In this document: positions 53,329 through 64,000 of the stretch, one piece after another | How the letters are laid out: each line of letters opens with the position of its first letter | Numbering within the stretch: position 1 is the stretch's first letter | From: Raillietiella orientalis | Lineage: Eukaryota | DNA length: 64,000 nt | Direction: 5' to 3' | NCBI GenBank assembly: GCA_036172245.1 | Contig: JAYWIR010000001.1 | Span: forward strand, 6,882,001 to 6,946,000 | Program-made: the position numbers and the translations under genes | Notes under the pieces: generated by a model | What the model was told of the DNA's origin: nothing | Databases searched by the model: none | Seen by the model: the letters and a program-made list of their open reading frames with translations, nothing else

Positions 53329-56300
53329 ATGGCTTCGTCCATTTATGACTTCTCTGCCAAATCAATATCGGGTTCGTTTGTGTTTGAATTCTAATGCCTC
53401 TCTTTAAGAGAAATTCTCTTTTTCGCGATGAAGCACCCAGTACGTATTCTGCGTAGTAATTTCAACAGGCACCTTCGGTCCTTGTTCAATGCATTCAAAA
53501 TACCCTGGTTGCTTAGTGCTCCCTAAGTTAAGAAGAAGGGGAAAAGTTTTTTGGTGATTCGACTCTTTTGATCATGGCAATTCCTGTTTTCTTTCCAGGC
53601 CATTCAATAGCAAAGTGGTGTTCCAGCAGGCGAGCTAAAGACTCAGATGATTCAATTCAGGACTTCATTAGATATTCGTGTGTTTCCATATGAATATCTA
53701 ATGAATTCTATAGGGATTTATGAATCCCATAATGACATCGAAAATATAGCCACGGGAACGTCACAGTTCTTTTTTATACAGTTATACAACTCTTTAAAAG
53801 CCAAAGTAAAAATAGAAAATATTTTCGATGAGAATGTAAAAAAAAACATGCATGTTCATTCAGTTCATTCGCTCATGCCTCTGTGAGATATTCTTTAAGC
53901 AGTGCTTTTAGTTGGTTTGGTCCACGGGTGCCTTCCGCGAAATCTGCTTTTTATTAGGTCAACCCACATTTATTTCTGCATCCTTTCGCTTTCGTTCTAT
54001 CTTCGTGGTTTTCCTAACAGTTTGGTCCTTGGAATCACGAAATGATTCGGTCAAGCTCCTATATCGATTCTGTAAGTTCTCTGTAGGCCCTATTTTTCTG
54101 ATCATCTAGATTCAGCATCTACTAGATTCTAAATCACTTTAATTCTTCCTGAAACCCCAAGATATATGATGAAATTTAAGGAAAGAATCGCAGAATACTG
54201 TAAAACCTCAATTTTTTCAAATTACTTTGGCACTTACCTGTACGTGTGCTCCCTATCCCATTGAATTGCAACTCTCTTTATACATGATTTTTTAGACACT
54301 TTTCATTCGATCAGTTTGTATTTATTTTCTTCAAACCTGTTTGGGTTTTGGAATTTTTATTCCTGTAAACGATCCTCGTTCCCTTTAATTTGGGACCCCA
54401 AGGTATTACTCAAGTTTTATTGCATTCAGTACTGACCTGGGAAAACTGAATGTTATCTGAATTCCCCTGTGATGGATTAGAATCGTTAGTTGATCCTTTG
54501 AACTCGAGTTTGCTCTTTGTGTATCATGATGATAGGATCGTATCTTCCAAGCTTCTGTGGTACGTTTCGTCTTGTCTTGAAATTGTCCGAATGCCTATCG
54601 AAGATGTTGGTATCATATCATTTGAAGATCAAATTTTTGCACCCTGAGTAAAAGAAAGGGGGACTTGAACCTTGTCTTTTTACAGATATTTTTTTCCATT
54701 AAAAAAAAGAAAAACAGGAAATGAGAGAAAAGACAATTGGCGTATTTAAGACGATCTGTAACTTGCACACTTACAGAGTTCCTTTGTAGAACCAAAGAAC
54801 TATTGCTGATGAAATCCGACCCAAAAAATATGCTCGAAAAGCGAGATGTAGTCTCTTAGTAAAGCCATAAACAAAGAATAACTACAGAATTGAGATTTCT
54901 GCAAAATAATATTCTTTAGGATATGGGGCAGCTACTTCTCAATATGAAGCTGCCAAAATGTACTTTACATCAGAGCTCATACAGGTGAGGCTATGAATCT
55001 TTGAAACCGTTGCTTACCCAGAAAAAGTTGGACAGATAATCTATTATCCATTCAGCAAAAATATGTAGATCGAACACTGGTGTACAGGAAACTGTGTTGT
55101 ATGCTGAATTCAGTTTAGCTTGGGGAACATTCGGTTCGAAGGCAGTTTTCTTGTATGTTCACAGGCAGTGGAAGTCTTTGCTAAGGGCAAAGACTTCCAC
55201 TGTACTGGTTGTTGAATCTAATGGTTCTTGTTTCTTTCGTGGGTGCAACTAGTTGCTTTTCTTTGATCAGATCTTTCTCAGATCATTCTGGAAATGTTTT
55301 TTGAAGAAAATCAATGCGGTACGTGGTCGACTTGCAGTTGCACTTCTTGCATGCAATCTACGTGTGCCAAAGTCAACTTGACAGTTTGTAAACCTCTCTG
55401 AAACTTCTTGGACAATGTTGGTTTCCAGGGACCTTGAGCTCGATTGTTTTCATAAGTTCTCAAGAACAGTGCTGTTCTTGATGACGCAGTGCTGTTTTCA
55501 TAAGAAGCGACATGTACTGTTCCTCGGAATTACATCCAAAGAAGCAAAAATCTACTTCCACTGAATATGACACACGCACAAAAAGGTGAGAGCAAGACGC
55601 GTGGCCAAGACTAGAAGGCATTCACAATAACACAACCGGTAGAAGAGATGAGAAATGTGCCGGAAGGCAATTCTTGTTAGCCTGCACCATTTTCATTTTT
55701 CGAAGCCAAGCTTTGGAACCTTTCTTTTGGAACACAAATGATTTGCGTTTCTGAGGGAATTCTCCTTCTTAAGCGAATCTACGAGCAGTGCACGCTCTTT
55801 ACTCGGGAGCAACGGGAAGTTGGTTCTTTGACGGACTCTTCGAATGTCGGGAAGATTTGTCACCCAATCCATGTGTATTGGGAAAAGTTGGCGATTGCGG
55901 AAACTGGCGACGCCCAGCAGCCTGAGAGATTGCCACGGAGATCCTCATTCAGCGAAAGAATTAGTTCCTAAATGGTCGTTTCTAGATTCTTTCGCTCTCT
56001 ATTTGTTCTGTATCAATCTCTCGACTTCAGTTCTGGTTCAGGAATTCACGTTCCTGATGTTCACTTTGTGAATTTTTCCTTCTTCCAGAAGCCAAGGTTC
56101 TTTTACCAGCCTTCCGAGGAACTGTGATTTCCTGTTCGTGAAGCTAGGAAAAAAAGAAAACTTGTGAATGCGATCGACTCGAATTAATGAGAGCGTGACC
56201 TGAAGTGCATAGAACTTCGGAAAAGTTAGTTCTTCAATTTCATGAAACTTTCGAGATTACTTTCGCCATCTTGTGCTTTGGAGATTTCCAGAAGAATGAA

Positions 56301-58353
56301 GCAAATGAGTTACTTTAAAAAAAGCTGTGCACTTGTTTTCTCTCTCTGTTGGAAGTCTTTTGACGTGGAACACATTTCGCAAGCAGTATGCCCTCACTTA
56401 GTGTTCCTCTTTCCTACGGCTGCCAGCTACTTGGGAACAAAGGTCTGTATTTCTTGTTGTGAAAAGTCCTCTGGAGTCTGCTAGAGTCATGTATTCATTT
56501 CCTCAGTAACCAGCCCTTTACCCCACGAACGACATTTCCCGCAGGAGCAAACAGATAGGGATCCGATAGACCGAATCCAGGATTCATGATGAATGGAGAG
56601 CAGTTAGGAAATGACTCCTGTTGTCTGGAAAACTAATGCGCACTGCTGATTTATTGTGCAAGATAGATAATTACATCTTGCGTTCCCCGCTCTGGCCGAG
56701 CTGATTCTGAGATGAAGTAATAACTCACCGCAACTGATACATACTTTTCGGATGATTTCTTCAACAAGTAGCCCTACTGTTGGGTATCTCGCTGGAGTTT
56801 GCTGATCTTGTCCATCGACAGTTCGGTCTCTGTAGAGCATTTTGGGAGGGGGGGGATGTTTATGAAAATTTCCTCCTATTTCCTCCCCCAGCCGTAAGGA
56901 ACCGTAGAGCTTCACGAACAGCTTCTGTTCCGACACGGTTCGCTAATGGATTCGAAAACGGTTGGCGTCCTTAACGTCGGGAGGAGCGTAATGAATCTGT
57001 ATCCTGGAATGAAGGAATGCACGAAAAGAGCATACACTAAGTGTCTTTCTTGCTCAATTTTGGCCTAGAAAGAAAACGGAGCAAACACATGTAAAGCCTG
57101 TCGAGCGACCCTATAAACTTTAAGTGTCCTAAACGCTCTAGAAGTATTTGTTTCACCTTAAAACAACAAGTACAAGATTAAAGATAATCCATTATGCGAA
57201 TCGAAGTAAACAAGAAAAAACACGTTTAGAATTTTGTTGATATTTAATCGATCAAAACACTTTTATAGTCTCAGTTCTATTTTCGTTGTCGAAAAATCAA
57301 CCTTCTTGCACTGATTTATTTACGAACATTTGGATAAAATAGAATCCAGTTGCTTAAATCAAACTGTTCGTATTTTTTTTTCTTTTTTTTAAAAAAAAAA
57401 AAATAGTTCCACTATTACTGCTGTACCGCAATATTAAGTCATCCACAACGCCGTACGGAAGTGATTCGCAGCTGCACGAGGGCTGTCTGCGTTACACGAA
57501 TCCGCGTTGTACGAAGGTCCATTGTAGTTCAGTTGTCATTAAGTCATTAAGGTGAATTAGGTTACTTTCTTCATAGCATCCATGGATATTAATGCAGATG
57601 GGGGCAATTCTAAATTTTTGCACGGCCTCGTACAATGTCAGTCGAAGAAGCAGTTGAACTAAATGTTCCTTAAATGCCAGGGGAAATCATACACTTATCG
57701 GAGTACAAAGGCAGCGTCATTCTCATCGAGAACACCGCTTCCATGTGAGGCACCACGGAGCAAGACTTCCTTCAGATGAACGAACTCAAGGAGCACTTTG
57801 CGGAGGAACTGGAGATTCTGGGATTTCCGTGCAACCAATTCGGATTTCAGGTACATCTCCATGAGATTCCAGATGGTGCCAACCGCACGTAGGAGAACGC
57901 CACAAACGACGAGATACTGAAAAGTTTGATGCACGTACGACCAGGCAACGGTTACGTCCCGAAGTTCGAGATGTTCAGCAAGATCGAAGTAAACGGGGAG
58001 TACGCGCATCCCTTATTCAAAGTAATTAAGAAGCGAACCAGAAGCATTTTGCTTTAATGCATGAGATCGTGCCGTTTGTAACCAATTTCAGTTCTTAAAA
58101 CACAAGTTGCCTCGTCCAGATGATGATCCAGTGAGCTTAGCGGTTCATCCTCAGTTCATCGTCTGGAAACCAGTCCAACGCAACGACATTGCATGGAATT
58201 TCGAAAAATTCTTGATCGACAGAACAGGAGAACCATTTAGAAGGTCTTGGAACGCTTATGTATTCACCAAATCTAACGTGAAAGCATAGGTACAGTAGGA
58301 GCTTTACCACAAAGGATATATATGAGGACATTAAATACCTGTTGCAAATGTAA
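53329..58353 (+). CDS. GPX: Selenocysteine glutathione peroxidase, GPx1/2-type (exons 53329-53371, 57681-57850, 57893-58021, 58092-58242, 58290-58353)
   Basis: MASSIYDFSAKSISG|EIIHLSEYKGSVILIENTASM-U(TGA 57746-57748)-GTT...LGFPCNQFGFQ|EN...VRPGNGY...DIAWNFEKFLI...*. The TGA sits exactly at the catalytic position, and Gln and Trp-Asn of the tetrad are present. Confidence 0.93.
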
Positions 58354-58361
58354 GAAGAATC

Positions 58362-58430
58362 CTTGACACTTAATGATGAAGAGTGCTCGAAACAAGAATT
58401 TGGGAGTTGGCTTTGGATGACGGTGTAAAG
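58362..58430 (+). promoter_or_regulatory. Candidate SECIS element in the GPx 3' UTR
   Basis: CTTGACACT pairs with GGTGTAAAG (helix I). ATGA (58376) opposite GGAT forms the GA core, GAGTGCTC/GAGTTGGCTTT an imperfect helix II, followed by unpaired AAA (58390) and a short CAA/TTG ministem. Folded by eye. Confidence 0.75.
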
Positions 58431-58559
58431 GATTTTTCTTAATGAATTCAATAGAGATTCCGCAGAAATTTCGATTAATGAATGAGAATTTTCGGATTTT
58501 GGGGACAAAAGATATCCCAAATTTTTTGGGGGGCCACCCGATTGCGCCGGGGCGTTTAT

Positions 58560-61500
58560 TCAAAAAAAAAGAAAAAGAAAAAAACATCTAGGAACTAAGT
58601 TCCCAGACAAAGGGAAAAGAAGTTCAAGGAGAGGGCTCCCTACACACACACCGAATGTCCGGAACGGGAGAGACGGGACCACAAATAGATATAAAAAATA
58701 CACACAAAAAAGATATGGGGGTGGGAGGGGAGGTGGGGGATAGGGGTCTTTGGCTTGGGCCGTTCCGCCGTTTCAGAACCGGCGTTCAATGCTGGCGATC
58801 TCCTTCCTCATTTTAAGATGAGTCCACTTAGCAGCTGTCCTCATGTTGGTGGCTGCAATCCTGGTGATCTCTGTTGCAACCGTTCGCGACTCCAACAGAT
58901 GGCGGGCCATGACGATGGCGCGGATGCAACCCATCGCTGAGACCACCGCGCCTCAGCAGGGGGACTGCCCATGGAATGCCCCCGATGACGGGCAGGTTGA
59001 ACACCCTCCCCTCCCTTCCCCCTGCACATGCTGCTGGTATGCGGGAGGCTGCGCCAGGGATGGGAGCGCGTCACTTTAGCTCCGGGGCGACGCCCCAGAA
59101 GACCTGCTTAGGCGAATGTTCGCGCCTACAGGCTGGCCGTCCCTGACGATGACCCGTCGTGTGCAAGCCGCTGTGACTGCCGAGACGGAGGGAGAGGGAG
59201 AAGGACACAGCCGGAGTCCCGGAGAGCTGTTTGCGATCGACATCGCCTGCATGCGAAGGGCGATGGAACAATCTAGTCCTGGACGCGTGGCGCAAGGGAA
59301 TCTTCGAACGCCCGTGGGCGGACAAACCCGAAACCGATGAGAGCAGCCGTCCCTCGCCCCCCCCCCCCCTTCCGTCCCTTCTCTGTCCGATGCAGACCCT
59401 CGGGAATCACGTGAGATATCGCGAAGTCGGTCCATCGCATCCCCTATTCATTCACTGTCCCTCTCCCCTTCTTCTCCCTCCACTCCTCTCTAGTTCTGTC
59501 CCCTGCAAGGGCAGTCCCCTTGGGTTCGGGCCAACCCACGTCGGCCCTTCGCTTTCGATGGCCGTCTAATTTGCATCATTTATTTTGATTGGATGACCCG
59601 GCTATCCAGGATGATGAGGTCACGCCGGGACACTTATCCCATAAAGGAAAATAAAGAGACAAGTGGGGATGCAGTTCCCGGGGGAAATGAGAATTTCTCT
59701 GGGAGGAATCAACCCCACGCAGGAAGTCCGGAGCGGGAAGGAAGGGGACGATAAATAAATAAACAAAAAGAAAAAAAAAAGGGAGGGCAAGGTCAGGGAC
59801 CTTAGGTTGACGACGCTTCCTCCTTCTCAGAACCGGCGCAGAGAGTGCAGGCGACTTCTTCGTTCGAGTGGGGATTACCACACAGCCGGCCCTCACGTGG
59901 GAGGCTGCCGTGCTGGTGACCTTCCGCCGCTGCGCGTGCGCCACTCCAACATACATGGCGGGCAGCCCACCACGGGGAGGAGACAACGGAACGTCGCAGC
60001 CACCGCCCCTAGCGGAAGGTCGGCCGCGCGCGAAGAGCCGCCGCAGCAGGTTACGAGCACCGTCCTCCTGGCTCGGGAGCGCTGAAGGCCGCAGCTCTTG
60101 GAGGACCCACCGTGGTCCTGAAACCGGTGCGCGGGGAGGACCCGACCGTCCGGCGCCTCAGGCAGACAGTTCCGGAGGTGCCAGTCCTTCTCCGGGAACG
60201 GTGTGTCGGGGCTGGTTGCGTTGGAAACCCTCCGTGCAGGAAGAGCGTCACCCCGTCCTTTTGCTGCTGCAGGGAGAACTCCGAAGCGTCCAGGACACAG
60301 AAAAGGGACCACAGGTTCCTTCGGAGATTTCTTCGTGGCGAAATGGTCCCTCCACCCGACCGCTTGGGGCGTCGTCGTCCGCCATCTCGCTCGTCTTCCA
60401 GCAACCCTTGCGCGGCCATCTGCAGGTGAACCTGAGGAAAGCTACTCGATGGACAGTGGGTAATTAAACCGGGAAGAAAGGAAATCCCGAAGTGCAGGAG
60501 CGAGTGCATAGCACGAAATCCTCTTCAGCAGATCTGTTGATCGGTGGGAAGCTACGCCAGATGCTCTTCTGAGGACTAAGAGACACAGCAGCTGCTCCCG
60601 GTCAGAGTTGGTCGCGGCACTTAGGGAGGAGGGGGGGGGGGAATGAAGCGTGGCGCTCGCGAAGGATTCTCGAGCGTCACAGTCAATGGTGGTTGCTCGC
60701 TGGGTATGCCCTCGTGCTGATAGGGACAAGTACCACAGCTTGGGTCTCGTCCGGGACCGGAAACGTAAGCTCGAGCCGACCCATCGAAGGATAAGATGGG
60801 ACTTGTTGCTGCTTGCCGAAGGCGGTGCTTACATGCTGGAGAAAAGAAGGCATCGTGAAAGTTCTTCGTCCGGTCACTCCAGAGTGTTTCTTTTATAAAA
60901 AAATAAACCAGTTGGGAACACGCTGGTCCCCGACCAGAGACAAAAGAAGTTCAAGGGGAGGGTCCGCTGACACGCAGGCTGGAATAACCGAAAGTCCAGA
61001 ACGGGAGAGGGATGTGGGGACAACAACAAAGAAAATAAAGTAAATCCGATGGGATGGGCAGGGAACTTCGAGTTCACTCCGTGTACACCGGGATCAGAAC
61101 GACATACATCAGGGAAGTTGCGCAGCGAACGGGGATGGGGAATGAGAAGAAAAAAATTAAGGAAGGCAGGGGACAAGGGCCACCGGTGTTCGCCGTTCCT
61201 AGCTGTCCTCAAACCAGAGCTGGATACCGGCGATCTCCTCCTTCGCTTCCTGTTCCAGGTGAGGCCACATCGCAGCCGTCCTAACGTAGGCAGCTGCCAT
61301 CCCAACGACCTCCTTTCGCTACTTGGTCGTCACCCGCACGTGGAGAGCCATGATGATGACGCGGATGCAACCCATCGCTGCGACCACCGCGCCTCGTCGA
61401 AAGTCCTTCCGGAGAGAAGAACCGCCTCAGCACATCTCGGACGATGTCCTCCTGGTGTAGGAACGTTGCTGCCAGTCTCCGCCACAGTTCCTGGAGAGTG

Positions 61501-62400
61501 CCGCAGTCGAATAGCAGGTGCGGCGGGATGGACTCCATCGACTCCCACCGAGTCTGGCACAGTTCGGGGATGCCACTCTTGCGGAAGCGAGGTTACCGCC
61601 TCTCGTTGCACTGGAATCCCCACCGGAGGAAGAGCAGCACGGCCTGTTTCCAGGAGAGGGGGAACACTGAAGTGTCCAAGCAATGGGAAGGGACCGGTGC
61701 TGAATGCTGGAGGTGTCTTCTGCTTTAAGATGAGACATGCCACATGCCCATTCCCCATCAGGGGGTTCGGGTCCGGGCATAGCAGGCGGCGGCTGCTCGG
61801 GTAGCAGCGCCCATAAGCTGGGTCAGTGGGGCACCCATCGACATCTCTGGTTTGCGGGAGAACCTCAGGTGTGCGGCTGGTCACCTGAAGAAGAGGTGCT
61901 CTGCAATCAAATGTGGAGCTAGGGTCCTGTGGAGTGTAAGGGGGTACCTGACACGTGTGCAATCCAAGATGCCGCGTCACCTGAGAAGCCCAAGACGAAA
62001 AAGCCGCGCAACCATCCCGGAAAAGAGCGCGCACGCAGTTTGCCTCTGCGGCCGCCAGCACGGCCTCAGCACGTAAGGCGTGCAGGTCCCCAGCCTAGCA
62101 AGGGGAAAGCAGGACTGGGGAGCGATGGACACGGGAGAATGGAGGAAGAAGGTAAAGGAGATGAGGACTACCCTTGCCCTTCGGGAAGCGACGGCTCGTT
62201 ACAGATCGCAGGCAAGATGACGGAAGAGCAGGCGCGGCGCGATCCTCGGCCCACCCGACGCCGACCGAGCAGGACAACGCAAGGGGCGATTCGCTACACG
62301 TGAAGCCGCCCTCGTTTACTATACCCGAGAGCGCGATGGCAACGAAGCGCAAGCCAAGGAGTGCCAGGTGAGCCTCACGAAAAACGGCTGCAGTTGGCGG
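58560..62400 (-). mobile_element. Tandem cluster of diverged, 5'-truncated LINE-like 3' fragments
   Basis: Three alignable segments (~58760-58955, ~59812-59975, ~61193-61395); two share gcggatgcaacccatcgctg.gaccaccgcgcctc. zf-RVT-like HRSLPIAWTL...ESIPPHLLFDCGTLQELW at 61281-61780. The block is GC-rich within AT-rich flanks. Confidence 0.6.
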
Positions 62401-64000
62401 ATTCCAAAGTCGAGTCCAAAAGTAGTGTAATGGAGGGTGCAGTGCCGACCGAAAACCCGAAAGATTATGAAAAATAAACGCATGTATTTGTTTTATATAT
62501 TAATACATATTATAAATGTATATTCAATGAACACACAAATATGGAATTATAAAAAATAAATAATAATGATGACACTTGAACATATTAAAATAAAATGAAA
62601 GAACAAATTAAAAAAGCAAAAAAGATTTTTCGCATTTCATTTTCTTTACATTTCCAACACTCAATAAATAAAAGTTTCTCAGGAGATGATGAATTCTATT
62701 TTCGGGATTTGAATTGTTTCATAAATATATATGTTTATAATTCAATATTTATACACTCATTTAATATATATTTATGTATATATAATGAAAACCTAAAAAC
62801 CTGAGCGCTTGCTGACGCGGCACTCCAAGAAACCTTTCTCTTTTTTCCCTTTTTTATTTTAGGAGATGCCATCATTGGATGGGTGGACGTTTGGGACTGT
62901 ATGAGACGGCACCTGCCCAAGATGGTGCAGGCGTCGTTGGATGGCCATGGTTTCATATCGGTCGTAACAGGATGGCTTGTCGGGAGGATGGTGGGAGGCG
63001 TGTGCCACGAATTGGTGGAGGTCGAAAGCATTCGAGGACGTGTTTTTATTGCTGGGTGAGAGGACCGTCTAAATCAAGTAATCCTTTTGATGCAATTGTG
63101 CAAAGAAAGTCTGTGCAAGTGGCGTATGAAAATATGAATGCATGCTTTGATTCGATGCCCATTGTGGAGTATTTGTAGCGTGAATCAGCCAGGATTGAAG
63201 GCTGACAGGAGATCGTTGTTCGAATCGAGGAATAGTTCGGAGTGTGTGGTCATTTGCAGAAAAAGTGTTCCCACTTGTAGAACGATTTGGAAGATGCATG
63301 TGGAGTGTAATTTTCTGTTGCATATTGGAGTAACTGATATAAGAAGATTAAATTTATTGACATCGCTTTTATTCATCTTAGAATTGGGTATATCACAGAT
63401 TGAAAGGAATGCTATCTTTCATTTGATGGTTGGGAGGTAGAGAATATTTTTTCGATGTAGTCCTAAATCGGGTTTAAGATCTAACATTGGTATGGAAACT
63501 TGTTGGTTTCTTGTTGGTATCTGCGCATAATCTTCCATGCTAAGGCTCCTAGCTTGCAAGGATGAATGGACGTGAAATTTTAAAGAGTTTACACTGTATT
63601 AAATTATTTTTTAGTTCTGATGCTATACAATAGCATAACGAAATAAACTAATGCACACAGCACTCATACATAGCAATACAAAATCCACAGATGTTTCATT
63701 ACTAATTTATAATCATTTAATGATCTAAGAACCCAGCAGTAATAGGTATCACCGGAATCCATGCTTGTTCGCCACTCCATTACTTTTTTTGTAATCAAGA
63801 AAAGGAACGAAAACGCTTCTAGTAGAGAATTGGAAAAGTGAATTAAATTCCATTCAAATAAAAATTTCAACTTGCTTTTCTACTCGAAATTTTAAACTTC
63901 GATACATTGCTTATGTATGAAGAAATACCTCATATTAAGCGAATAGAGGTTTTCCATGATTGATAGAAACTTTACATTTTAAAGTGTAAATACAGCTCCA

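Noticed and set aside
53372-57680. Possible antisense nested gene in the long GPx intron
   Set aside because: Candidate exons (~53960-54105, 54435-54645, 55750-56100) are short or interrupted by stops and match no family I recognise.

Overview
Eukaryotic (animal-type) genomic DNA with mostly very short (~40-100 nt) spliceosomal introns, so the ORF track is largely uninformative; genes were rebuilt by hand from exons. The dominant structure is a ~7 kb near-identical inverted repeat (5897-12901 / 34838-42029) around a 21.9 kb spacer. Each GC-rich arm carries an intact 3-exon ANAPC11 gene followed only 60 nt later by a 2-exon FAM89/LURAP-like gene, which looks like a bicistronic or operon-like unit. 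Decayed homology continues ~35-40 nt past both arm ends, suggesting an old palindrome homogenised by gene conversion. The spacer holds two tandem pyruvate dehydrogenase E1-alpha paralogs with the same 7 intron positions and TBC1D23. One E1-alpha copy is conventional and AT-rich; the other is GC-rich and lacks two of the three PDK phosphosites. Right of the palindrome are MYCBP (with a U12-type intron), an RPGR-like RCC1 gene ending in a CAAX box, and a selenocysteine GPx1/2-type glutathione peroxidase (in-frame TGA, candidate SECIS, first exon 4.3 kb upstream). Degenerate non-LTR retrotransposon remnants occur at ~0.5-5.1 kb, ~14-15.5 kb and as a tandem cluster at 58.6-62.4 kb. Gene names come from recalled motif similarity, not database searches, and the host species is not identified.
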